Positions 8,926-16,812 of a stretch of DNA of 38,281 nt are shown one piece after another (within the stretch, counting starts at the first letter, position 1; every line of letters starts with the position of its first letter). The notes beneath the pieces are model-generated. The model searched no databases and was not told where the DNA came from. It was given only the letters and a program-made list of their open reading frames with translations. The DNA lies in the IMG/VR virus record IMGVR_UViG_3300006103_000037, positions 1-38,281 of that record; one strand, written 5' to 3'. The position numbers and the translations under genes are program-made. Source of the DNA: a virus (Duplodnaviria; Caudoviricetes).

Positions 8926-10475
8926 ACGTTGTAATAACCCATATTTCTTCTTGACCTGAACTGCAGTGGCTCATCTTCCTCATCGGAATCTAAGCGAACG
9001 AAGCCCCCTCTACGAAAGCGCAACAATGCCTGGGTCATCGAATCCACTAAGTCATCGTGCTCCCCAGACGGAAAACTTGCCACATCTTCCACTAATTCTT
9101 CTGCCCAATGTGTAGCGGGCACCCAAACTCTTCCCGAAGCGAACATATCTGCTACAGCATTCAATCTGGCTATTTTATCATTGCCTTTACTAGGAGTGTA
9201 CTCTTGAACTGGAATACCCATCGCCCGCAATTCAAATACTAGAGGCGCACCGGAAGCTTTTGCCTCGACGATTAACGCATCTGGTTCCCATTCTTTATAG
9301 TGTTCTAGTGCTGTTTGCTTTAGTTCTGGGAACTCCATACGCTGCTTGAACGAGTTTAGAAGGATGATACTAGCTACAGGAACCACGTTTTGGCCCCGTC
9401 TTTCATCGTTATAAAATACTCCCCAAGTAGTACAAGCACTGTAGTCTGAGCGTTGAGTCTTTAGAAAAGCTGTGTCCCAGCTCTGTATGATAAATTCGCA
9501 TGGCGGCGGGGTGTCGTGTTCCCATATCTTCCACCACTCTCGTTTGACAATAGCAGACACATCTGAGGTAGGCGACTGCATATACTGCGCCATCCACTTA
9601 CCATTAGGCAATTCATTACGCAGTGCTAAAAGTTCTTCTAGTTTCCAAAACTCAGGCCATAGTGGTTTATCGTCCGGTAGGATAGCCGGGAACTCAATTA
9701 CTTCCCATTGTTCGCCACTACGTGCAGAGGCAGCCTTTACTACTTGCCCAGTCAGATCTTTCTTAGACCAACGGGTCATCACTATAATAATAGCGCCGCC
9801 TGGTTGTAGACGTTGGCGAGGCCCAGAGGTATACCACTCGTAAGTTTTATCGTAAACCTCGGGGTTTGACTCTGCTAGTGTTGCTTCTTGTTCTGAATGT
9901 GGGTCATCAATAATGAGGATATCCGCGCCCTTACCCGTAACTGCTCCTCCCACACCGATAGCAAAATAGTCTCCACCTTGGTTAGTCGCCCACCGGCCAG
10001 CAGCTTTAGAATCAGACTGGAGCCCCACGCCCGGGAATATGGACTTATATACGTCTGAATCAACCAAGTTACGCACTTTTCTACCAAACCCGACCGCCAA
10101 CTCTGCTGTATGTGCTGTCTCGATAATCTTCTTTTTTGGAAACTTACCAAGAAACCAAGCGGGTAATAGATAAGAAGCGAACTCAGATTTAGTATGACGA
10201 GGCGGCATATTGATAATAAGCCTTTTAATTTCTCCATTTGCAACTCTTTCAAAAGCTCGTGCCATCTCTTGATGATGTGCACCGTCAATAAACCCAGGCC
10301 ATACCTTATGAGCGAAATCCATAAAGTTTTCCTGGCAGTTTTCTACTTCCTTAGACTCTACTGTCTCAGATAATTGTGCATAAAGGGCCCTTAGTTGGCC
10401 TTCGTTTAGCTTACTAAGGTTGTTTTCCAGAGCTTTTAGCTCCGAGTTACTCAGTTTCTTGGGTGCTGTCGTCAT
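8922..10475 (-). CDS. terL: Terminase large subunit
   Basis: Walker A MPPRHTKS, Walker B IIDD, motif III VMTRW, nuclease residues QSWDTA...IVEAKASG...HDDLVDS. Confidence 0.95.
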   Translation of the reverse strand: MTTAPKKLSNSELKALENNLSKLNEGQLRALYAQLSETVESKEVENCQENFMDFAHKVWPGFIDGAHHQEMARAFERVANGEIKRLIINMPPRHTKSEFASYLLPAWFLGKFPKKKIIETAHTAELAVGFGRKVRNLVDSDVYKSIFPGVGLQSDSKAAGRWATNQGGDYFAIGVGGAVTGKGADILIIDDPHSEQEATLAESNPEVYDKTYEWYTSGPRQRLQPGGAIIIVMTRWSKKDLTGQVVKAASARSGEQWEVIEFPAILPDDKPLWPEFWKLEELLALRNELPNGKWMAQYMQSPTSDVSAIVKREWWKIWEHDTPPPCEFIIQSWDTAFLKTQRSDYSACTTWGVFYNDERRGQNVVPVASIILLNSFKQRMEFPELKQTALEHYKEWEPDALIVEAKASGAPLVFELRAMGIPVQEYTPSKGNDKIARLNAVADMFASGRVWVPATHWAEELVEDVASFPSGEHDDLVDSMTQALLRFRRGGFVRLDSDEEDEPLQFRSRRNMGYYNV

Positions 10476-11040
10476 CTAATGCATTTGTTAGGCGTTCTGA
10501 GGTAGGAGTTACATCAATTGTGTTCATTTGCATAAGCAAACGTATCTTTTCCCTGATTCCTTCTTGCAATTCAAGGCTATTTTTGTGTGTAATGGTGATT
10601 TCTTGGTGTTCTGTGAACAAATCTGAGGCTTTTCCGAGCAATTCGACCGCTTTAATAGCTATTTTTAAGTCTTCTTCTTGGCTCATTTCGAGCAAGCGGT
10701 TCACAGCAATATTACGAAGCTGTACTTTATCTGCAATTACTTGTTTATCGTAGTGAGATATATACCCTGCTAACGCATAAGCAACCCCAGGGGTTGACGC
10801 AGCAGCAACTTCTTTTTTCTGTTTGGGTTTTGATGGGTCTTCACCGTCAATTTGTTTGAATAACTCCATTGCTTCAGCACGTTCTTCCTCAGTTACCTCT
10901 ATTGTGGCACCAAGTTCTTTAAGAATAAGAGCAGTATTAGCTTTAACGCGTAGATTGTCTGAATGTGACTGAGCCACCTCGTCTCTAGCGTAGTGTTCTG
11001 GTTGTGGAACGTCTTTGGTCGGTTCTACATTTACCGGCAT
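10447..11040 (-). CDS. Putative terminase small subunit
   Basis: Helical 197-aa ORF overlapping the TerL start; IKAVELLGK...LFTE pattern. Confidence 0.6.
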   Translation of the reverse strand: MPVNVEPTKDVPQPEHYARDEVAQSHSDNLRVKANTALILKELGATIEVTEEERAEAMELFKQIDGEDPSKPKQKKEVAAASTPGVAYALAGYISHYDKQVIADKVQLRNIAVNRLLEMSQEEDLKIAIKAVELLGKASDLFTEHQEITITHKNSLELQEGIREKIRLLMQMNTIDVTPTSERLTNALDDDSTQETE

Positions 11041-11057
11041 GTTTGGTTGCTGGTTAG

Positions 11058-11417
11058 TTATGATGAGCTAATAATACCAGCTTTTTCTTCGTAATGGTGT
11101 ATTCGGTGGCAGTTAGCGCATAGGACTATGCATTTTTTAATTTCTTCGTATGCTTTTGTGAACTGCTTATTAGAGACTAGTCGATTAACGTTGTACTCTT
11201 TAGTGCTTGGGTCTTCGTGGTGAAAGTCTAGTGCAGCTATATGGTCAAACCCACACTTAGTGCATTTAAGGCCTCGCTTAAACTCTGACCATGTTTCTTT
11301 TTGTTGTGCTTTGCTTGCTTTATTTTTTTGTATTATTTCTTCTTGGTTTTTTAAGTAGTGCTTACGGCTGTATTCCTTGTGTTTCTTTTTTCTTGTACTC
11401 TCGTCTTTGTACGGCAT
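11058..11417 (-). CDS. HNH endonuclease
   Basis: CTKCG...LDFHH...KCIVLCANCHRIHH. Confidence 0.85.
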   Translation of the reverse strand: MPYKDESTRKKKHKEYSRKHYLKNQEEIIQKNKASKAQQKETWSEFKRGLKCTKCGFDHIAALDFHHEDPSTKEYNVNRLVSNKQFTKAYEEIKKCIVLCANCHRIHHYEEKAGIISSS

Positions 11418-11850
11418 CAGGATCTAGCTTTCTTTTCCAATAGCATGCGTTACGGAAGGACCACGGTTTCCCCGGAGTATACATCTTAAACCCGGCGTTG
11501 ATTAAAGAATTTGCACTAGCTGGATTATTTGTCGTGTCTGTAATGCACCACGCCCAGCCTAACTTCTTAGCTTGCGCAAGGCGAACTTTAATCATACGCA
11601 GCTGCAGTCCATGACCTGTAAAGCCATCCATTACACCTGCCCTACATAAGTAACCTGTATCTGTCCATTTGATCGAGCGTACCAGACCCGCAAAACCTAT
11701 GGGCTTCCCACATTCTGCATAAGCTATCCACCAATGCCCACGATCCGGAGTGTACGGTTGGTCTTCCGGCAAAATCTTTCTCTGAAGAAATAGCAACAGA
11801 TTCTGAATTGCTGGGTTTCTTATATCGACTTTTCTTACTGTGAACTTCAT
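11362..11850 (-). CDS. GNAT-family acetyltransferase
   Basis: YLCRAGV...GHGLQ (acetyl-CoA loop) and NNPASANSLINAGF (motif B). Confidence 0.8.
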   Translation of the reverse strand: MKFTVRKVDIRNPAIQNLLLFLQRKILPEDQPYTPDRGHWWIAYAECGKPIGFAGLVRSIKWTDTGYLCRAGVMDGFTGHGLQLRMIKVRLAQAKKLGWAWCITDTTNNPASANSLINAGFKMYTPGKPWSFRNACYWKRKLDPDAVQRREYKKKETQGIQP

Positions 11851-11972
11851 GCATCGTCCCCCCTCTCGTGAAACTAAATTATATAGGTGGGGGTGTGGGA
11901 GGTAAACGACTTATGGGGGGTACTTCTAGAGAATGGGCTAGTCTATATAGCCTGGTAACAAAGCATGGGGGT

Positions 11973-11988
11973 GGGGGCCTTAGCCCCC
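11973..11988. terminator. Hairpin after the 38-aa peptide gene
   Basis: GGGGGC-CTTA-GCCCCC; no clear T run. Confidence 0.35.
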
Positions 11989-11993
11989 TGATA

Positions 11994-12110
11994 TTACTTA
12001 GTGAACTGCTTGAGGCTGGAGATTACTGCATTTACCCAGAACTCGTTAAGTTGTTGAACTTGCTTAGCTAAATCTTGAAACTTCTTTTCTGCGTCTTTGA
12101 AATCGAACAT
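11994..12110 (-). CDS. 38-aa amphipathic helical peptide (phasin-like; not in the ORF track)
   Basis: AGGAG RBS; MFDFKDAEKKFQDLAKQVQQLNEFWVNAVISSLKQFTK*; has its own promoter. Confidence 0.75.
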   Translation of the reverse strand: MFDFKDAEKKFQDLAKQVQQLNEFWVNAVISSLKQFTK

Positions 12111-12141
12111 TGTGTTCTCCTAATAGGGGTTAATTTTGTGT

Positions 12142-12172
12142 AGTATATTACACAATTTGCTGCGCTGCAACA
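12142..12172 (-). promoter_or_regulatory. Sigma70 promoter overlapped by a PhaR/PhbF-type operator
   Basis: TTGCAG-17 bp-TATACT; TGTTGCAGCGCAGCAAA covers the -35 element. Confidence 0.65.
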
Positions 12173-12359
12173 TTGTTACTAGGCAGTTTTTGATATGTAT
12201 AGTATTTGCAGCTTTGTAGACATGTTCTGGCGATATGTACATTTTTGTCGACATTTTATACACATTGTGCGGCCTATTAGCAGTTTGGTTGACTTATAAA
12301 TAAGGCTTTAAGTGGGTTACGGACTCATTAATGAGTCATTTCTTTTTCTTATAAAATAC

Positions 12360-12593
12360 CCCGTTCGGGAATATTTTCCTACATTTGCCTACTTTTTCAT
12401 CAATTCTTCCCGTTCGGGAAACTTTTTTATACCTATAGGTTGGAATTGCTTTGTTGTTTTGATACCTATAGGTATCAATTTTATGCCTGTCGATGTCACA
12501 TGTTTGCACGGGTTTTCTTTTTAAAATCATATAGTTACAGCGTTATTTTTTAGAGGTGGTTTTCAAATTTTTTATATACCCCCCGGGGGGTAT
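12360..12593. repeat. Palindrome cluster in the non-coding divergent region
   Basis: CCCGTTCGGGAA twice (12360, 12409), GATACCTATAGGTATC (12461-12476), ATACCCCCCGGGGGGTAT (12576-12593), near-IHF site at 12525-12537. Confidence 0.75.
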
Positions 12594-12736
12594 GCACTAT
12601 AAAGAGGCATGGGGGTACTTATTGCCGATTTTATTTTTGATATATCTACTGTGCAAAACACTGTGTATGTATTGCAGTAGGTACCATCTAAGCGAATCGG
12701 GTTGGTGGGGGTATGGTGGGGTTGGCTGGCTGGCAT

Positions 12737-12764
12737 GACATTCTGAGCTGGGGCTAAGATAGTC
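12737..12764 (-). repeat. Degenerate reversed copy of the 30-bp element
   Basis: Minus strand reads GACTATCTTAG-CCCCAG-CTCAGAATGTC. Confidence 0.5.
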
Positions 12765-12867
12765 TAAATTAGTTTTGGTTTTCTTGATCTAGGTCAAGAG
12801 TTTATCTCGCATACTCGGTTATATTCAAAGCGTACCAAGTCGGTACATAACTTAGAAAGGATTTACC

Positions 12868-13476
12868 ATGTCATACATTACTACAGAATTAACTAAAGCG
12901 GGCTTTATCTCTATTGGCTCAGCATGTGCTGACATTGATGGACAACGGGATGAAGCCTTGCTATCGTTTTATCATGCTGTGCTGGTTGATGGCGATATCA
13001 GCTATGACGCTTGGACTGAGGGCTCTACTTGCTGGAAGGTTGGGTATGCTCAGGCTAAGCGTTGTGCTCCTGAGGATAATAAGGTATCAGTAGCGTGGCA
13101 CAGTTTTACTAGCGATCTCAAGACTCAATACGATATCGTTAAGCCAGTTAAGCCATCCAAAGCAGGTCAAGTCAAGGCTGAGCAAAGAGGCAAAGCGGCT
13201 GTGGAAATGGAAATGCTCAAGGCTAAGCCAATCGAAGAGTTGGTTGAAGAGGTTGCAATGCTTACCCAAAACCCTAGTCTTGAGAATATCAAAAAAGCCA
13301 CAAAAGTACAGAAGGCTGTAGAGGCTAAGCGAAAAGAAGCCATGAAGGATCGCATGGACGGTATCAGCGAATTACAGAAGGTAGTTATTAGTTTAACCAA
13401 AGAATGCCTAGATGAGATGACGCTAGAGCATTGTAGAGCTATCCTCAATGGCGAGGTTGATATCTCCATAATGTAG
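12868..13476 (+). CDS. Hypothetical early protein, paralog 1
   Basis: GAAAGGA RBS and its own terminators; similar to 14331..14930. Confidence 0.85.
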   Translation: MSYITTELTKAGFISIGSACADIDGQRDEALLSFYHAVLVDGDISYDAWTEGSTCWKVGYAQAKRCAPEDNKVSVAWHSFTSDLKTQYDIVKPVKPSKAGQVKAEQRGKAAVEMEMLKAKPIEELVEEVAMLTQNPSLENIKKATKVQKAVEAKRKEAMKDRMDGISELQKVVISLTKECLDEMTLEHCRAILNGEVDISIM

Positions 13477-13480
13477 TAAG

Positions 13481-13534
13481 AGCTGGGGGCAACCCCAGCT
13501 TGTTTTATCCAGCCCAGCTTAGGCTGGGTTTTTT
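13481..13534 (+). terminator. Tandem hairpins / intrinsic terminator
   Basis: AGCTGGGG-GCAA-CCCCAGCT, then AGCCCAGC-TTAG-GCTGGGTT with a T run. Confidence 0.8.
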
Positions 13535-13618
13535 ATTTTATTAGGGAACTGGTTGTAAGCGACGCATTAGCCATGTTCGCCATGCGAACGCAGTCGGCAT
13601 CACACGCAAAGCGAACTC

Positions 13619-13649
13619 GGACATTATTAGGTGTTGGCTAAGTTTGTCC
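13619..13649 (-). repeat. 30-bp element, reversed copy (7-nt spacer)
   Basis: Minus strand reads GGACAAACTTAG-CCAACAC-CTAATAATGTCC. Confidence 0.85.
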
Positions 13650-13658
13650 TCGCAATGC

Positions 13659-13993
13659 AATGTTCCGTTTTATTCGCTTTGTTCTAAGCAATGTTCCTGC
13701 TAAGTTATTGATTTATAAGTAATGTTCGCAATGTTCTAATGTTACACTCGAAAATCTACTTCCAGTTTTCCAAAAATTTCGTTCGCTTGATCCGTCTCGC
13801 ATAGTGCAAGAAATAGATTTTTTAAGCTCGATATATAAATAAAATAACATTATAACATTATAACAATATACTAATAAATGACCTTCTAACCTAATAAGTA
13901 TAAGGGTTTTGTAATGTTCCAACGAAGCGAACAAATCGGAACAATTAGTCGGTTTTTCGAACATTCCTAGTTTGGTATTTCTTAGCGAACAAA
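13659..13993. other. Candidate replication origin (iteron-like AATGTTC/GAACA repeats, AT-rich core, IHF site)
   Basis: AATGTT(C) at 13659, 13690, 13721, 13730, 13738 and 13913; ATAACA(T/A)T three times at 13844-13867; exact WATCAANNNNTTR on the minus strand at 13701-13713. Confidence 0.5.
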
Positions 13994-14130
13994 GCATCAC
14001 CACGCATACCCGCTAAATATCGTGATCTAAACAGAGAATATTCCATACCATAAAACCTCGCCCAATACGCTAGAGTTCCTTTTACTCCATCAATAGTAAT
14101 GTAAACAAAATCTGCTTTTTTCTTTTTCAT
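13945..14130 (-). CDS. Small putative DNA-binding protein
   Basis: AAGGAG RBS; ITIDG...TLAYWARFYGM...RSRY..G resembles the HTH-like tails of phage HNH proteins. Confidence 0.65.
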   Translation of the reverse strand: MKKKKADFVYITIDGVKGTLAYWARFYGMEYSLFRSRYLAGMRGDALFAKKYQTRNVRKTD

Positions 14131-14190
14131 GTGTAAATCTCCTTAAAACCCTATTATAGAACAATACCTAAAACATTGTAGGACAAACAC

Positions 14191-14219
14191 TTGACATTGT
14201 AATGATTCTCTGTTATACT
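14191..14219 (+). promoter_or_regulatory. Strong sigma70 promoter
   Basis: TTGACA-17 bp-TATACT with extended -10 TG. Confidence 0.85.
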
Positions 14220-14261
14220 ACAAGGGTAGTAAAGATTAAAAGGCAGTAAGCAGTAAAAAGC

Positions 14262-14291
14262 GGACAAACTTAGGTAGTGCTAAGAATGTCC
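14262..14291 (+). repeat. 30-bp imperfect inverted repeat element
   Basis: GGACAAACTTAG-GTAGTG-CTAAGAATGTCC. Confidence 0.95.
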
Positions 14292-14330
14292 AGTAAACCA
14301 AACCAAACTTAAGAGGATTTAAAACACACT

Positions 14331-14930
14331 ATGAAAACTACCATTAAAACCCAAGAAATGCTCTATGCATTTGACGAGCAACAAACTGCATCAATCAAGG
14401 CATCTGCCGTAAACTTCTTTGAATCTGAAGAATCTGCCGAGCAAGCCGTTTTGACCTATCAACGCATCATCGGTTTAAACCCGACTTTTGATCAATACGA
14501 AATGGGTCGTTTGTTGTTTATCGAAGCAATCTCTGAAGCAAAGCCCGACATCACCGACAATGCATTAAATGTGCGTTGGAATACCTTTAGCAAAAAATTA
14601 GGTATTGATAAGCCTAAAAAGACAGAATCGGCAGATGCAGTTCGCAAAGCGAACGAGAGAGCATTGGCAAAAGAGAAACAACAGGCAGAATTTGCGGGCA
14701 TGACTATTGACGAGCTAAAGCACGAAGCCAAAAACTTGTTATCTAATCCTACTTTGAAGAACATCGAGCAAGCCAAGAAATATACCAAGCAAGCCGAGAT
14801 GCTCTATAAAGAAGCGAACAAGGAAGAAGCCGAGCAAAAGGCGCAGTTGGTTAAAGACCTGACCGCATGGGCAAAAGATCAGTCATACCTAGACTTATAT
14901 ACAATCTGCGAGAACATGGGCATAATCTAA
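14331..14930 (+). CDS. Hypothetical early protein, paralog 2
   Basis: Own promoter and terminator; LLSNPTLKNIEQAKK aligns with LTQNPSLENIKKATK of paralog 1. Confidence 0.85.
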   Translation: MKTTIKTQEMLYAFDEQQTASIKASAVNFFESEESAEQAVLTYQRIIGLNPTFDQYEMGRLLFIEAISEAKPDITDNALNVRWNTFSKKLGIDKPKKTESADAVRKANERALAKEKQQAEFAGMTIDELKHEAKNLLSNPTLKNIEQAKKYTKQAEMLYKEANKEEAEQKAQLVKDLTAWAKDQSYLDLYTICENMGII

Positions 14931-14950
14931 ACCAAACCCGCTTCACTCTG

Positions 14951-14974
14951 ACCCCGCTATATGCGGGGTTTTTT
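14951..14974 (+). terminator. Intrinsic terminator
   Basis: ACCCCGC-TATAT-GCGGGGT followed by a T run. Confidence 0.85.
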
Positions 14975-15103
14975 ATTATGTAGGATTTGTTTAGGTGTGC
15001 TATGTCGTTCCTATACAACAGAGAACTGGCGGGACAAGCGTGCGACGCAAAAGGAACGAGCCACAAAACGCAATCAAATCAACGCCTTAGGAAGGACAAC
15101 CCC

Positions 15104-15132
15104 TTGACAAAGTAAAGACTTTATGGTATACT
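15104..15132 (+). promoter_or_regulatory. Strong sigma70 promoter
   Basis: TTGACA-17 bp-TATACT with extended -10 TG. Confidence 0.85.
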
Positions 15133-15163
15133 AGAAGGGTAAGTAGAAATTCAAACTCAATCA

Positions 15164-15193
15164 GGACAAACTTAGCAACACCTAAGAATGTCC
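15164..15193 (+). repeat. 30-bp element
   Basis: GGACAAACTTAG-CAACAC-CTAAGAATGTCC. Confidence 0.95.
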
Positions 15194-15212
15194 ACAGCAA
15201 AAGGATATAAAC

Positions 15213-15470
15213 ATGAAGCGACTAGCAAGCCATGAATCACACCGCTATTTCTGCGTAGCTAATATTGCCAAAGACTGCGACACCTATGTTGATGGCGAGC
15301 GTGCAGACATTCTAAACAACCAACACCGACCACTAACTTGCTTAAAGTGTGGCGATGTCATTGCCAAAAGCAAGAAGCACATCGTGCAGATACCCTATTC
15401 CAAAGGTGCGTATCAATATATCCACAACCCGCAAGACTTATTCTTTACTAACCCAAAGAGGACAACATGA
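15213..15470 (+). CDS. Hypothetical Cys-containing (possible Zn-binding) protein
   Basis: AAGGA RBS; YFC...DC...CLKCG...PYSKGAYQYI. Confidence 0.75.
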   Translation: MKRLASHESHRYFCVANIAKDCDTYVDGERADILNNQHRPLTCLKCGDVIAKSKKHIVQIPYSKGAYQYIHNPQDLFFTNPKRTT

Positions 15471-15610
15471 GCAACCCATATATCTATAACCCAACCAAAA
15501 AGCTAGTGCCTTGGACACCGAGAACCCAAGAGCAGTATCTCGACTTTGTTAAACGAGTGTATGCAATGCACAAGCGACTTGGGTTTGAACCACCGAAGAG
15601 GACAACATGA
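15467..15610 (+). CDS. 47-aa hypothetical protein (not in the ORF track)
   Basis: GAGG RBS and ATGA overlaps at both ends; MSNPYIYNPTKK...PPKRTT*. Confidence 0.65.
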   Translation: MSNPYIYNPTKKLVPWTPRTQEQYLDFVKRVYAMHKRLGFEPPKRTT

Positions 15611-15834
15611 GCGTAATGATTGAAGCGAACAACAACTGGCGCAAGTTTATAGACCAGCTAGAAGCGAACAACCCTGATGTGTATAAAAACATATGGCTAA
15701 AAGCACCCGCAAGCGACCCAAAAGTAATAAGCGAGGACTACCATGCGTGGCGCAACCTAGTTCAACAAGCGTTTTTTGAGGGGTATGAAGCGGGTTTTAC
15801 TGACAGATTATTTAAAGGAGATAGAGATGAGTAA
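15607..15834 (+). CDS. Hypothetical protein
   Basis: RBS, coupled to neighbours; AFFEGYEAGF motif. Confidence 0.7.
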   Translation: MSVMIEANNNWRKFIDQLEANNPDVYKNIWLKAPASDPKVISEDYHAWRNLVQQAFFEGYEAGFTDRLFKGDRDE

Positions 15835-16039
15835 GACAAACTTAGCAGAACCTAAGAATGTCCAAGAAAACGACAGAGGACAATGGTTTGACGATGGACT
15901 AACTAAAGCATTTAGATATGCTGAGAGTAACAAAGTAGTAAAGATAGACCGCAAAGGGGTTGCATGTGACGCATATCTTGATGGGTTTTTAGAAGGCATT
16001 GCTTACTATATTTTAGAAAGGAGACAGAACGATGAGTGA
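15827..16039 (+). CDS. Hypothetical protein whose first codons contain the 30-bp element
   Basis: AAGGAG RBS before the ATG at 15827 (MSKTNLAEPKNVQE); AYLDGFLEG motif. Confidence 0.65.
   Translation: MSKTNLAEPKNVQENDRGQWFDDGLTKAFRYAESNKVVKIDRKGVACDAYLDGFLEGIAYYILERRQNDE
15834..15863 (+). repeat. 30-bp element (inside coding sequence)
   Basis: AGACAAACTTAG-CAGAAC-CTAAGAATGTCC. Confidence 0.9.
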
Positions 16040-16205
16040 TGTAAATAGCAGAGCAGACGAAGCATGGAGAAAAATTAACCACCGCTACGACAAATACAGT
16101 AGTGATGAATTCTTTGTGCTTTATGAATTGTTTGTGGAAGCATTTGGGCTTGGCGAAGAAAGCGTATTAAGTATTTGGGAAAGGGCGGGTGGAAAAGTTG
16201 ACTGA
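16032..16205 (+). CDS. 57-aa hypothetical protein (not in the ORF track)
   Basis: AAGGAG RBS; MSDVNSRADEAWRKINHRY... Confidence 0.65.
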   Translation: MSDVNSRADEAWRKINHRYDKYSSDEFFVLYELFVEAFGLGEESVLSIWERAGGKVD

Positions 16206-16404
16206 ATATTACAAAGGGCAACGCATTAGCGAGTTGCTTGAGCACATAGAAGAAATGGAAGGGCGACTCAAGACTTTGGTGCAAATAGCAACTGAGCACC
16301 CCGATGAACCCTTTTCTTTAGCGCAGTATGAAGAAGTAGCACAGGGCTATACATCGCTTGCCCTAGCAAAAGCGAAGTTTAAAGCATTACAAGGAGAGAA
16401 GTGA
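16189..16404 (+). CDS. Hypothetical protein
   Basis: Fits the chain of coupled early genes; start uncertain. Confidence 0.6.
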   Translation: MEKLTEYYKGQRISELLEHIEEMEGRLKTLVQIATEHPDEPFSLAQYEEVAQGYTSLALAKAKFKALQGEK

Positions 16405-16622
16405 TGAACATGATGCACGATTTACACCAAGACTTGTCGGAGTTTATTCCCGATGAGCGTGACCAAGCGACCCTGTTAGAAATCTTTTGGGGTTTGAACG
16501 ACAAGCATGGCGATGCCGACAGTCGTAAAAAAATTGCTATGCAAATCGTCGACCTACGCAATATCTATGGCGACTTGCTTGACGATGCGGTTGAGGTTCT
16601 CTACCAGTATAAGAACAAATGA
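16401..16622 (+). CDS. Hypothetical protein
   Basis: AAGGAG RBS; coupled to neighbours. Confidence 0.7.
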   Translation: MMNMMHDLHQDLSEFIPDERDQATLLEIFWGLNDKHGDADSRKKIAMQIVDLRNIYGDLLDDAVEVLYQYKNK

Positions 16623-16780
16623 CACCAAGCGAACGAAGCGAACTACAAACCCTAATTGACAACTTATCACTCATTAACATAGAAAGGACACCCGCATCAC
16701 TCGTAAGACTAATAGCATTGCAAGCAAGAGATGTATTAGAGAAGTTAATAAGAGAATCGGACAGACTTAGCAAGCCCTAA
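16619..16780 (+). CDS. 53-aa hypothetical protein (not in the ORF track)
   Basis: ATGA overlap; MTPSERSELQTLIDNL...; the stop lies inside a 30-bp element. Confidence 0.5.
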   Translation: MTPSERSELQTLIDNLSLINIERTPASLVRLIALQARDVLEKLIRESDRLSKP

Positions 16781-16788
16781 GAATGTCC
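16759..16788 (+). repeat. 30-bp element
   Basis: GGACAGACTTAG-CAAGCC-CTAAGAATGTCC. Confidence 0.9.
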
Positions 16789-16812
16789 ACAAACCAACGA
16801 AAGGAAGTAAAT

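Noticed and set aside
364-10753. Short ORFs antisense to or out of frame within the structural genes (for example 364..570, 2027..2344, 2467..2868, 6335..6808, 9472..9843)
   Set aside because: Shadow ORFs over well-supported genes, with no RBS or recognisable motifs.
11868-12738. ORFs 11868..12071, 12312..12524, 12336..12530 and 12556..12738
   Set aside because: They lie in palindromic, low-complexity control DNA with no RBS. The real gene here is the minus-strand peptide at 11994..12110.
13713-14003. 96-aa minus-strand ORF
   Set aside because: It crosses the repeat-rich origin-like segment; no RBS and atypical composition.
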